From a virus (lineage: Duplodnaviria > Heunggongvirae > Uroviricota > Caudoviricetes), in IMG/VR virus record IMGVR_UViG_2740892443_000003, positions 1 through 16,874 of that record: DNA of 16,874 bases; one strand, given 5' to 3'. Of this stretch, positions 1 through 8,026 are shown piece after piece. The translations under genes were made by a program, and so were the position numbers. The notes below the pieces were generated by a model. That model was given only the letters and a program-made list of their open reading frames with translations. It ran no database searches and was not told the DNA's origin. Numbering within the stretch: position 1 is the stretch's first letter; each line of letters starts with the position of its first letter.

Positions 1-714
1 ATGTGGGTCAATAAGTATATTGACGATTGCACTGATGAGGATTTAAACGATCGTGACTTTATTGCATCAGTTGTTGACCGGGCTATTTTTCATTTCGCGA
101 TTAATAGTATATGTAATCCTGGGGATAATAAAGATGCGACTCCCATTGAACGATGTACTTTTGATGTAGAAACTAAGAATGGCCTTCCCTCCACGGTTCA
201 GCTATTTTATGAGGAATCTAAGGATAATGAACCTTTAGCGAATATACATTTTCAAGCAATAGGTTCTGGTTTTTTAACGTTTGTTAATGCCTGCCAGGAA
301 CATGATGACAACAGCTTAAAATTATTTGCTTCGCTGTTAATTTCACTTTCATATTCTAGTGCCTACACAGATTTAGCCGGAGCAGAAAAAGTGAATATTA
401 ATGAATATAATGAGAACTATCTGACAGCTCAGTTTGAAGAATTATCTCAACGTGATATGAAGAAGTACCTGGGAGAGATGAAGCATCTGGCGGACCGGGG
501 GGGGATGAAATTTGATGACTATCTGGATAAAATGTCACTTCTGGTGAATGAAGGAAAGCTCGAACCTGATATTTTAAGCAAAATGCGAGATGCTGCACCG
601 AAATTAATTGACTTTGCTAAGTCGTTTGACCCAAACTCAAAGGAAAAGATTAAAATACTTACAGATACTTCTAATTTAATTTATGATTTATTCGGGGTTA
701 AATCGGCGAAATAA
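1..714 (+). CDS. Hypothetical protein, 237 aa, AT-rich; chromosomal flank upstream of dusA; 5' end may lie outside window
   Basis: ATG at window position 1 to TAA at 712-714. No family recognised. Followed by a hairpin terminator. Position and size fit the gene upstream of dusA in K-12 gene order (yjbM, from memory, unverified). Confidence 0.5.
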   Translation: MWVNKYIDDCTDEDLNDRDFIASVVDRAIFHFAINSICNPGDNKDATPIERCTFDVETKNGLPSTVQLFYEESKDNEPLANIHFQAIGSGFLTFVNACQEHDDNSLKLFASLLISLSYSSAYTDLAGAEKVNINEYNENYLTAQFEELSQRDMKKYLGEMKHLADRGGMKFDDYLDKMSLLVNEGKLEPDILSKMRDAAPKLIDFAKSFDPNSKEKIKILTDTSNLIYDLFGVKSAK

Positions 715-753
715 TATGTGAAGTTCTTCGATGGTATGGAAGGCATTACATAA

Positions 754-786
754 AAGAACCTAATACTTATTGGGTTCTTTTTTCTT
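754..786 (+). terminator. Rho-independent terminator after the flank gene
   Basis: Stem AAGAACC (754-760) pairs with GGTTCTT (773-779) around a 12-nt loop, followed by TTTTCTT. Confidence 0.55.
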
Positions 787-1077
787 CTATCAGTGCCATT
801 AGCAGGAAGAGATATCACCGGAGTTTAATGTGTGATTTTTTATTTATCGTCGAACCTGGATTGTTTATCATTGTCCTTAACAAGGCTAACGGCTAATAAG
901 ATTATTTCCATCACTTCGTGAGAGCTTCATGCCTTGATTTGATCTCAATTTTCTTTTGCAATGAGACAGGCGCTTCCTGTTGTTATGGTATAGTACCCCG
1001 CTATTGAGCCTCCTGAACAGTGATGCTGAATAACATAACCCAATGATATATCGATAAAATAATCTCTACATTTGAAA

Positions 1078-1182
1078 ATGCACGGTAATTCTGAAATGCA
1101 AAAAATCAACCAAACCAGCGCAATGCCTGAAAAAACTGACGTTCACTGGAGTGGTCGGTTTAGCGTTGCACCAATGCTCGAT
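1078..1182 (+). repeat. attL-side copy of the dusA 5' segment (chromosomal version)
   Basis: Direct repeat of 15461-15565; about 20 mismatches over 105 nt by manual codon-by-codon alignment. Confidence 0.8.
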
Positions 1183-1200
1183 AGGATGTACCGTTGTTGA
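1078..1200 (+). pseudogene. dusA: Displaced original 5' end of dusA (35 native codons, 5 island-derived codons, then TGA)
   Basis: Translates MHGNSEMQKINQTSAMPEKTDVHWSGRFSVAPMLD-RMYRC*. The first 35 codons are about 81% identical in DNA to the start of the intact dusA at 15461. Similarity ends right after the shared ATGCTCGA at 1174-1181. Confidence 0.85.
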
Positions 1201-1222
1201 AAAACAAGTAGTTATACACTCT

Positions 1223-1243
1223 GTGGGAGCCTATTGGGAACCC
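1223..1243 (+). promoter_or_regulatory. Two direct NTGGGARCC repeats just inside the left junction; candidate integrase or RDF arm-type sites
   Basis: GTGGGAGCC (1223-1231) and TTGGGAACC (1234-1242), 11 bp apart. The same 8-mer TGGGAACC recurs near the right junction at 15408-15415. Confidence 0.35.
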
Positions 1244-1325
1244 GGCGTTTTCATTTCAAGGTGTAATCCATACGCGGCTTAAGAATGAGATATAATGCGA
1301 CTTTTAGTGTTCCGCTTGAGAGGCC

Positions 1326-1862
1326 ATGATGCTTACCCTGGACGAGATAGGTCAATCAGTACGTAACAATATCCAGTTGATTATTGATCATGTCGGCTTA
1401 CCTCTTGCTGTTGGTCCGCTCAGTGATGATGATTACAAGATTCTGTGTGGTGGCTATGGTGAGCTTGAATGGGACTATGCGTTAAGCACCTATGGCAACT
1501 CCAGAGAAAAGTATGAGTTCTGCATAAAACTTGTTCAGCAAGGTCGGGTTCAGGGAATACCATCAGGAGCAGCAATTTGTGTTTATGGGGTTGAAGAAAA
1601 CATCTTTCGTATCCATATGATCGAAAGGTTTTCTAGAGAAGATGAATCTCACCCATTGAAAGGGCGCATGGTTTTACTCACTCTTATGAGTGCTTTTATA
1701 TTTTGTAAAGCTGTTGAATGTAAAGTTGTCCACATTGTAGAGCCAGTACCAGAACTGGTGCAGTATTACGAGTCTTTTGGTTTCCGCATGGAACAGTGCG
1801 GTTATGTGATGTCTGCAGTCATTGATGAGCTGCAGGATATCTTTCTTAAATTTGCTCAGTAG
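1326..1862 (+). CDS. Putative GNAT-fold N-acetyltransferase-like protein, 178 aa (island cargo)
   Basis: ORF with tandem ATGs at 1326 and 1329 and a GAGAGG Shine-Dalgarno. C-terminal region KGRMVLLTLMSAFIFCKAVECKVVHIVEPVPELVQYYESFGFRM resembles the GNAT acetyl-CoA-binding core. Functional call is tentative. Confidence 0.55.
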   Translation: MMLTLDEIGQSVRNNIQLIIDHVGLPLAVGPLSDDDYKILCGGYGELEWDYALSTYGNSREKYEFCIKLVQQGRVQGIPSGAAICVYGVEENIFRIHMIERFSREDESHPLKGRMVLLTLMSAFIFCKAVECKVVHIVEPVPELVQYYESFGFRMEQCGYVMSAVIDELQDIFLKFAQ

Positions 1863-1967
1863 GTATAGACGAGAAGGGTCTACAAATTGTAGGATACCCG
1901 TCCAGATTACCTTAAAGGTACATCTATGGCAGTCGTTTTGTGCTTAAACTACTAAGAAACGATGTCA

Positions 1968-1988
1968 CCAATCGACATGATCGATTGG
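1968..1988 (+). promoter_or_regulatory. Perfect 8-5-8 palindrome CCAATCGA-catga-TCGATTGG upstream of the small ORF; candidate operator
   Basis: Exact inverted repeat read directly from the sequence, 70 bp upstream of the 2059 start codon. Confidence 0.3.
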
Positions 1989-2058
1989 CATAAGTTAGCT
2001 AAACAAGCTAGCTTTAAAGAGAGGGTTAGAGACGCCTTTACTGTCTCGGGAGTTTTCT

Positions 2059-2232
2059 ATGAAAGATCAAAAAGCAACCAAGCCACAGGTTAAGTTCGAC
2101 ACAATGAAAGCATTCGCAGGTATGGGTGCTGCTGTTGAAGTTCTGATGAAGGCTGCTCCTAATGCGTTCACTCACGCTACTGTCTCTGGTAAAGAGCAGC
2201 AGGGTAAGCTTCGTCGTCGCAAAGCAGCATGA
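2059..2232 (+). CDS. Small basic hypothetical protein, 57 aa (below the ORF-track size cutoff)
   Basis: ATG at 2059 preceded by GGGAG, TGA at 2230-2232, strong terminator 20 bp downstream. Translation MKDQKATKPQVKFDTMKAFAGMGAAVEVLMKAAPNAFTHATVSGKEQQGKLRRRKAA. Confidence 0.45.
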   Translation: MKDQKATKPQVKFDTMKAFAGMGAAVEVLMKAAPNAFTHATVSGKEQQGKLRRRKAA

Positions 2233-2250
2233 TCATAGCTGGTGCTTTTT

Positions 2251-2278
2251 GAAAACCCGCCTTTAGGCGGGTTTTTTC
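2251..2278. terminator. Bidirectional rho-independent terminator shared by the small ORF (+) and the leftward operon (-)
   Basis: AAACCCGCC-ttta-GGCGGGTTT hairpin with an A-tract on one side and a T-tract on the other. Confidence 0.8.
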
Positions 2279-2279
2279 T

Positions 2280-2561
2280 TTAGTGATGTTCTTTGCCCTT
2301 CTGTTTGCCTGTTCTGACCTGTTCCCACTCGATACGTCCTTCTTCTCGTCTTTTGTCTATGTATTCCGCAAGATCCTGAATATTGATGCAACGTTTTGCT
2401 TTTTGTGATGTGCCGATGCGATATGTTGGAACGGGCAACTTACAAGCGTTTGCTTTTGCTTCTGCCGTGGCTGGACTCATGCCAAAGTACTTTTGGCTAA
2501 CTGCTGAGAGTTCAATGTTAGGGGTATTGAATTCAGCCATCAGTAAAAACAAGGTGTTCAT
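2280..2561 (-). CDS. PrtN-family (pyocin-activator / AlpA-like) DNA-binding protein, 93 aa
   Basis: MNTLFLLMAEF...KLPVPTYRIGTSQKAKRCINIQDLAEYID matches the PrtN family pattern as I recall it. Start chosen at the ATG at 2559-2561 with GGAG six nt upstream; the ORF-track start at 2588 is a GTG. Confidence 0.65.
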   Translation of the reverse strand: MNTLFLLMAEFNTPNIELSAVSQKYFGMSPATAEAKANACKLPVPTYRIGTSQKAKRCINIQDLAEYIDKRREEGRIEWEQVRTGKQKGKEHH

Positions 2562-2597
2562 AATTTTCTCCATCAAAACCGGCTGCACCCGGGAAAA

Positions 2598-3170
2598 TCA
2601 TAATTCTGTGCTGGTGGCAGGAATTAATTTCTGCCAGATAGCGGAAACATATTTTGCCTGATGACGAGCATCAGCCAGGGCGTTGTGCCGTTCGCCATCG
2701 AAAGGCATGTCCATTTTGGGGTCGAATCCGATGAAACGCCCAAGCGTAACGATCGTGCGTACATCGTGGTCATTCCAGCACGCCCATGGGCAGATTTGTC
2801 CTGCTCGCTCATAAGCCCCACGTAAAATTACGTTGTCGAAGGTGGCTCCGTTACCCCAGACTTTTAAATATTTCGTATTGTCTGCGTGCCGGTTAATGAA
2901 ATGGTTCAGTTCAGAGAGTGCATCGCTGATCGACAAAGTATCATCAATACAGATTGCAGCTCGTGCTTCAGGGCTTTGTTTCAACCACCACAGGATGGTA
3001 TCGCCGTCAGGTGTGGCCCCTTGCTCCATAGCACTTTCCAGGCTGACAACCGTATAGAATTCTTGTCCGATGTCTCCGGTTTCTGGGGTGAAGAACACCG
3101 CGCCAATGGAAACGATTGGTGCATCCTTATTTTTCCCCATCGTCTCAAGGTCGATCATTAAGTTGTTCAT
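2598..3170 (-). CDS. DnaQ-like DEDDh 3'-5' exonuclease, 190 aa
   Basis: N-terminal MIDLETMG (Exo I D-x-E motif) and C-terminal H...D motif. ATG at 3168-3170 with GGAGGT Shine-Dalgarno, overlapping the upstream stop (TGATG). Confidence 0.8.
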   Translation of the reverse strand: MNNLMIDLETMGKNKDAPIVSIGAVFFTPETGDIGQEFYTVVSLESAMEQGATPDGDTILWWLKQSPEARAAICIDDTLSISDALSELNHFINRHADNTKYLKVWGNGATFDNVILRGAYERAGQICPWACWNDHDVRTIVTLGRFIGFDPKMDMPFDGERHNALADARHQAKYVSAIWQKLIPATSTEL

Positions 3171-3919
3171 CACTTCACCTCCTGCGGCGGTTCCGGTAGC
3201 GGCATCCAGTGAGTTGCTTGCTCAATACCATTACCCGGCTTAATCGTTGCATCTCCGCGCCGAAAGGTGCTTCCGGTATAGCGTGCGGAGCATATTAGCG
3301 GTTCAACCAGAGAGCTATCGAAATTCACCGAAATAAGCACGTTCTGGCCCTTTTCAGGCATTCGATCACTACAGCTTATCCAACTATCCGGAGTTCCTGG
3401 AGAGTTGCCACCGGGAATATTTTCCGGAATATTTTGTTGTGCGTTTTGTGGTTGTTCGGATTTACCCTGAAGCATGGCGGCTCGGCAGGCATCACTGCGA
3501 ACTTCAATCCCCGCCTTATCCAACGCAAGCAACAAACCTCGTTCGCTGTCTCCGCAGTCGTCCAGTGTGTCATTGAGCACCGAAAGCGCTTTTTCGAAAT
3601 CTTCATCGTGAATAGCGAGCGGCACAGCCACCGCTGGCTGCGGTAACTGTGGTGCTGTGTAGAGTGGCGTAACACTGATTTCGTATTCGTTAATATCTTC
3701 ATCGCTGATAGATGCATCAAAGCTTAAAAAGCCAGGTCTACCGAGACCACGGGCCTGTGCGTCCTGGATGATGTACGCCACAGCCTCAGCTTCGAGCGAT
3801 GCCAGTGCGATACGCGCCAGCTCTTTGACAACATCACAGTTTTTATTTCCTTCGCAATCATCCATCAAAAGCCAATCGTCATTGATTATTTCTTTAATCT
3901 TATCCCGTGAAAGTTCCAT
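3170..3919 (-). CDS. Phage protein with C-terminal DUF551-like domain, 249 aa
   Basis: C-terminal WISCSDRMPEKGQNVLIS...HWMPLPEPP resembles DUF551. GGGGGTG Shine-Dalgarno before the ATG at 3917-3919. Confidence 0.65.
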   Translation of the reverse strand: MELSRDKIKEIINDDWLLMDDCEGNKNCDVVKELARIALASLEAEAVAYIIQDAQARGLGRPGFLSFDASISDEDINEYEISVTPLYTAPQLPQPAVAVPLAIHDEDFEKALSVLNDTLDDCGDSERGLLLALDKAGIEVRSDACRAAMLQGKSEQPQNAQQNIPENIPGGNSPGTPDSWISCSDRMPEKGQNVLISVNFDSSLVEPLICSARYTGSTFRRGDATIKPGNGIEQATHWMPLPEPPQEVK

Positions 3920-4119
3920 TATTTCACCCCCTTAGCTTTTCGTTCTGCTTCACTAAAATCCCAATCAACACGATGCGATATTTCAATGGCCGCCCTAACT
4001 GAATGTTCAATCATGATGTCGAGCCTTTGAAGTGTCATAGCCATATTTGGATTTCGAGCCAATATTTCTGCGCGAAGAATTTGCCAGTCATTGCATGTTT
4101 CAAGTAATGAATTAGCCAT
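3919..4119 (-). CDS. Small hypothetical protein, 66 aa
   Basis: Internal ATG (4117-4119) of the 85-aa track ORF, chosen to avoid a 65-nt overlap with the upstream gene. Weak Shine-Dalgarno. Confidence 0.35.
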   Translation of the reverse strand: MANSLLETCNDWQILRAEILARNPNMAMTLQRLDIMIEHSVRAAIEISHRVDWDFSEAERKAKGVK

Positions 4120-4621
4120 TATCTTTACCCCGCGTGCCATATGCTGATAAGCACTCTTCAAATCCAGCCTGATCATCCGTTTGACCTAAACTGAAGCCAT
4201 GCTGAAGACCATGACGAAATGCGCTATCCTGTAATTTGTCTGCAGATTCTAGTTTCAACTCCAGTTCAGCAATCCGCTCCTCATACCGAGCGCCAACGGA
4301 AACGGCTTTATGGAAGGCTTCGCACCATTTGGACGATTGCGCCTGCATCTTCTCCAGCTCATCCAGCAGCGCCAAGACGGTAGCCGGATTGGCTGCGGCG
4401 ATGAATTCAGCATTGGCCTGCTGTTCCATTTGGAAATCTTCATCGAAACCGCTTTCTGGATGCGCTCCTTCAATTCTGCAAATAGGAATATATCCAGCAA
4501 CTTCACGATGAATTAGTGCATCATCACCATCAAATCGGCCATCTCCATATTCGAGCGACCACTCGCCACTCGTTGCTTTTTCTGCCGCCTCACGCAGTGC
4601 CTGATAGTTAATTTTGGTCAT
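4112..4621 (-). CDS. Phage early protein, possibly Ead/Ea22-like, 169 aa
   Basis: Intact ORF in operon register. The motif ANAEFIAAANPATVLALLDELE and a coiled-coil-like C-terminus recall Ea22-like prophage proteins (memory only). Confidence 0.55.
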   Translation of the reverse strand: MTKINYQALREAAEKATSGEWSLEYGDGRFDGDDALIHREVAGYIPICRIEGAHPESGFDEDFQMEQQANAEFIAAANPATVLALLDELEKMQAQSSKWCEAFHKAVSVGARYEERIAELELKLESADKLQDSAFRHGLQHGFSLGQTDDQAGFEECLSAYGTRGKDNG

Positions 4622-4622
4622 A

Positions 4623-4922
4623 TCACATCACCCTGAAGCCGTTGCATTTACGTAAAAAATCGCAGATATAGCCCTTCATTTTTTCGTGCCAATCTCGATC
4701 ATTCCCATTGCACCAACCATCAGGTGGAGTCCAGTTTTCTATCAGAGCAGCCATTTTCTTTGCTTTCGCCGGAGTAGCTGTTGCGGTATCGCAGTAATGA
4801 CGAGTGTCAACCAACGTATCCATACCATCGATATCAAGTACGCAAAACCATGTGTGATTCGGCATTTCAACAGATGGTATTTGTTGCCCACGTCGACGTT
4901 TATCAATAAGACATACAGTCAC
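4623..4922 (-). CDS. Hypothetical protein, up to 99 aa; start uncertain (GTG overlapping the upstream stop)
   Basis: ORF in operon register. Size is close to YfdT of CPS-53 (101 aa) but no sequence recognised. Confidence 0.4.
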   Translation of the reverse strand: MTVCLIDKRRRGQQIPSVEMPNHTWFCVLDIDGMDTLVDTRHYCDTATATPAKAKKMAALIENWTPPDGWCNGNDRDWHEKMKGYICDFLRKCNGFRVM

Positions 4923-5497
4923 TGGTTGCCTCCTTTGCGAAGCTGGTCGGCGATATCTTCGAGAACGCCATCAGAGAATGAGCGGTCAAAATCGCCTTCC
5001 GGCGCATTAGCCATAAAATCAGTAGAGGTAAGAATCATCCTGGCAATATCCGCGGCGTTCTTCGCAGTATCATCAATAAAACCAGCTCCCCAGGCAGCCA
5101 TCATTCTGTTCGCCACAAAGTAAGCGCCCTCCTTGCGTGCTTCAGTCTTCACTTCAGCCAGAAAGGCGTCGGTGGCTGGGGTTTCGCTGTGGTGCAGGGC
5201 ATCGTTGATAATCATTGCAGCAACTCCGGCCTGCCCTGCATCCGTGACCGACACATGCTCAAGAGTTACAGCCATTGCATGTTTAAGCCCCGCATTCTCA
5301 GAAGCCAGCTCCGCGCACTTGTCCTCAATGTTATCAATCGTGATTCCAGCAGAACGACACTCCCGCAACGCCGTTTCTAGTTTTGATTCAAGTTCACCGA
5401 ACTTACGGACAAGATATTCAGCGTTTGTTTCATTCACTTTCAGATCTCGTGGTACACATTTCCCGCGAAGAAACCCTTCCATTTCGAAAACATTCAT
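4919..5497 (-). CDS. Hypothetical phage early protein, 192 aa
   Basis: ATG at 5495-5497 overlaps the upstream stop (ATGA coupling). No family recognised. Confidence 0.55.
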   Translation of the reverse strand: MNVFEMEGFLRGKCVPRDLKVNETNAEYLVRKFGELESKLETALRECRSAGITIDNIEDKCAELASENAGLKHAMAVTLEHVSVTDAGQAGVAAMIINDALHHSETPATDAFLAEVKTEARKEGAYFVANRMMAAWGAGFIDDTAKNAADIARMILTSTDFMANAPEGDFDRSFSDGVLEDIADQLRKGGNQ

Positions 5498-6030
5498 GCG
5501 CATTTGCGTAACTCCGATAACTCGTTAAAACGTTCCATAAACATCCCGTAGGCATGGCCCGGTGCCAGTGGAATCACGTTGAACATCTCTGTTGCCGGGA
5601 TGCCTTCCAGTACAGGCCAGAAAGAGCCATCATCAAGCCCGAGATCGCGGCGTTCGGTTGCCAGCATGATGAGATCGGCATATTTCACAGGCGTGCTCAT
5701 AACCGGGGGTAACCCGTATTTCTCACGGATTACGGCGTCTATTTTTTCTTCCATTCGTTTATAGTCAGGAAGAAGGCGTTTCAGTGGTGCGGGGATGTCC
5801 TGGCAATACGCTTCTGTTGCATCATGCATTAACGCTTCAAAAGCAAATTCCTGCGGTACCAGCTGGCTGCAAAGCACCGCATGTTGGGCGACGCTGTAGA
5901 AGTGTGAAAGATGGCCGGCAAAGCGACATATATTTGAAAGGGAAACCGCGATATCGTTAATATCGATGCTGTCTTTATTTATCCTGTCATAATAAAAATG
6001 CTTCCCGGAAAAAGTTTTAATAAATGACAT
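5494..6030 (-). CDS. yfdR: HD-domain phosphohydrolase, YfdR-like, 178 aa
   Basis: H...HD motifs (CRFAGH, SVAQHAV, EALMHDATEAY). ATG at 6028-6030 with GGAGAA Shine-Dalgarno gives 178 aa, the size of CPS-53 YfdR. Sits downstream of YfdP- and YfdQ-sized genes. Confidence 0.75.
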   Translation of the reverse strand: MSFIKTFSGKHFYYDRINKDSIDINDIAVSLSNICRFAGHLSHFYSVAQHAVLCSQLVPQEFAFEALMHDATEAYCQDIPAPLKRLLPDYKRMEEKIDAVIREKYGLPPVMSTPVKYADLIMLATERRDLGLDDGSFWPVLEGIPATEMFNVIPLAPGHAYGMFMERFNELSELRKCA

Positions 6031-6086
6031 TTTGTTCTCCACGTTATATGCGCTGCACCGCGCTGAATTTTGGTTAAAGAAAACCC

Positions 6087-6146
6087 TCGCCTTCAGGCGA
6101 TTATTGAGTCAATTACGTTTCCATAAATGCCCCCGCAGGGGCATTT
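6087..6146 (-). other. Two GC-rich hairpins in the yfdQ-yfdR spacer; possible attenuator or RNA-stability element
   Basis: TCGCC-ttca-GGCGA (6087-6100), followed on the minus strand by GGGTTTTCTTT; and the perfect AAATGCCCC-cgca-GGGGCATTT (6125-6146). Confidence 0.35.
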
Positions 6147-6158
6147 GCGGTAATGAAA

Positions 6159-6983
6159 TCAGGCGGTGAAAGTCCCAATAAAGGTTTCTACTTTGCTGTC
6201 CTTGAATTTCTCAACAAGCAGATCACGAAATTCGTTAGCCATATCTTCCTGCACCGCTTCCAGCTGAATAATGCGTAGAACCAGTACCGGACGATCGCCA
6301 GTGATAATGCTGAGGCGTAATTTAAACGGACGTTCTTTCAGACCTTCAAACGGAACGCATTTAAACTCAAATGCCACTGGCATAATGTCTTTGGTCTTCG
6401 CTTCGACAGACTCCATCAGGGAGCGTTTGCCGCTGAAGTCATTATCTTCAAAATCAGCAGTCTGGTTTGCTTCAATTGTGATTTTACGGACTGCCGCAGC
6501 CGCTTTGGTTGCCTGAATGGTGTCACCATTAGCATCAAAGCCCACAAGGTAGTCGGCCCAGTCTTCAATCCATTCTGCCAGTGACTTCTGGGAGTTACGC
6601 TCGCCGTTAACAGACAACAGGGCAGAGAACGGTGCTGTCTTTTTCAGTTTGAGAGTGGCGGTGTTATCTGCGTGACCTGGTTCATCAATAGTACCCAGGT
6701 TAAGCACACTGACTGCTCGCATATTATCGGCATCGATAAAGCAGCGGGTGCCTTCATCTGCAAGATCTTTAGAATAACGGGTAAAGTCATCGATGCTGGC
6801 AGTGGAAAGCGCACCACGGAAACGGAAGCGATTTAAATTAAATTTTTCCAGATCATGAATGCGGAAATTCTCAGGCAATGCCACAGCATCGGCACCAATC
6901 TTACTGATAATTTCATTAACACCCTGAGCAGAAATAAGGGCATGGATTTGATTAATTGCGGTTGCGTCTAAGTTCTGAGACAT
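6159..6983 (-). CDS. yfdQ: YfdQ-like (DUF2303-type) prophage protein, 274 aa
   Basis: Exact size of CPS-53 YfdQ and the same position in a yfdP-yfdQ-yfdR order. GTGAGGA Shine-Dalgarno. Sequence identity itself not checked. Confidence 0.7.
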   Translation of the reverse strand: MSQNLDATAINQIHALISAQGVNEIISKIGADAVALPENFRIHDLEKFNLNRFRFRGALSTASIDDFTRYSKDLADEGTRCFIDADNMRAVSVLNLGTIDEPGHADNTATLKLKKTAPFSALLSVNGERNSQKSLAEWIEDWADYLVGFDANGDTIQATKAAAAVRKITIEANQTADFEDNDFSGKRSLMESVEAKTKDIMPVAFEFKCVPFEGLKERPFKLRLSIITGDRPVLVLRIIQLEAVQEDMANEFRDLLVEKFKDSKVETFIGTFTA

Positions 6984-7048
6984 AATAAGTCCTCACTATA
7001 TAAAGATATTCAGTGATGAGATAAATAATCGGTTAATTAAGAACGATA

Positions 7049-7411
7049 TTAATGACCTGCTGCGCGGAGTTTTCCGTCAGGTTCACCGGCAAGAGTCAGT
7101 AATTGTCCCTGGTCTTCCTGCAGAATAGTCAGGCGACCACCGCGATTGACATACATCGGCGTTTCGGTGGTGTCTTCTTCGGAAATTTTCCCGCGGTTAG
7201 TCGGGCGAACATATGAGAGTTTGTGTTTGATTTTCACACGGTTCTCATCAAATGGTTCGATTTCCAGGTTGAGTGAGACCTTACCTTTGGTTTTCGTGTT
7301 CATCACACCTGAAGCGACTTCACTGAGAACTGCGCCGATTTTGGTTTCAAATACGCCGCCGTCCAACTCCCCGATAAATGCCTGCACATCAGTACTGCGT
7401 TCGCTAGCCAT
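7049..7411 (-). CDS. yfdP: YfdP-like prophage protein, 120 aa
   Basis: Start placed at the internal ATG (7409-7411), which has a GAGGAG Shine-Dalgarno 7 nt upstream. The 182-aa track ORF extends upstream through a structured noncoding region. Confidence 0.6.
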   Translation of the reverse strand: MASERSTDVQAFIGELDGGVFETKIGAVLSEVASGVMNTKTKGKVSLNLEIEPFDENRVKIKHKLSYVRPTNRGKISEEDTTETPMYVNRGGRLTILQEDQGQLLTLAGEPDGKLRAAGH

Positions 7412-7460
7412 TTTGCTGCTCCTCATCATATCGACCCTGCAAGGTCGGTTGGTTTCTCCA

Positions 7461-7547
7461 CAAAACAGAGAAGAACACCTGCGGTGGCAGCCGCCCGGAT
7501 GGATTGGGTTATGAGCCCGTCGTCCGGTGATGCTCTTCTCTGTTTTG
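7461..7547 (-). repeat. Long inverted repeat in the early-operon leader: 14-bp perfect arms, 59-bp spacer
   Basis: CAAAACAGAGAAGA (7461-7474) is the exact reverse complement of TCTTCTCTGTTTTG (7534-7547). Lies 50-135 bp upstream of the yfdP start. Confidence 0.5.
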
Positions 7548-7594
7548 TAAAAAGAGCGGTACCAGCCGGAAGCAAGTGTACAAACTGGTACCGC
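7548..7594 (-). terminator. Candidate intrinsic terminator or OL-like operator in the leftward leader
   Basis: GCGGTACCAG (7556-7565) and CTGGTACCGC (7585-7594) are exact inverted repeats; on the minus strand they are followed by TCTTTTTA. The arms contain the GGTACC core seen in the cI/cro operators. Confidence 0.4.
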
Positions 7595-8026
7595 CAAAGC
7601 AGTGGCTGTTGTGGTGACCGGTGCTGATCTCCGGCTTGCGGTTATTTCAGACTCTCACTGGCGTTTAATTGCCCCGCCGAACAGCTCTTTTCCGCAATAG
7701 CTGCAATGTCTTTCGCGCATCAGCCTGCGCATTCACCACAACGCTGAGAGCACTTAGCCAGTTACGGCACCACACTTTGTCGCGGTTCCATAAATGCCCT
7801 CATCGTTGCACCCTGGTCTCTTCCCAGGTGTCAAACCGAACCGCCACGCTGGTTAGGCGTCTTATCAGCATCATCATTGACTTGCACATTCCGGCTACCT
7901 GGTTTGTTTGCCCGAGCAAGGAGTGGATTGTCCCCTTTAACGTCCCCAGACCGCTAACGACGCATGTGCCATACGCCGTGTTACAACCAAATTTTGTTTA
8001 ATCTTGCCTGTGACATGTTTCTTTTA

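Noticed and set aside
398-598. 66-aa minus-strand ORF inside the flank gene
   Set aside because: Fully antisense to a longer ORF and has no start signals.
7412-7597. N-terminal 62-codon extension of the yfdP-like ORF (182-aa version)
   Set aside because: The extension runs through the inverted-repeat structure and lacks a Shine-Dalgarno, whereas the internal ATG at 7409-7411 has GAGGAG at correct spacing and gives the expected 120 aa.
7669-8001. 110-aa plus-strand ORF in the cI-yfdP spacer
   Set aside because: Starts at a TTG, has no Shine-Dalgarno, and its translation is compositionally odd (R/S/T/C/H-rich). It is antisense to the predicted leftward leader, so it is treated as noncoding.
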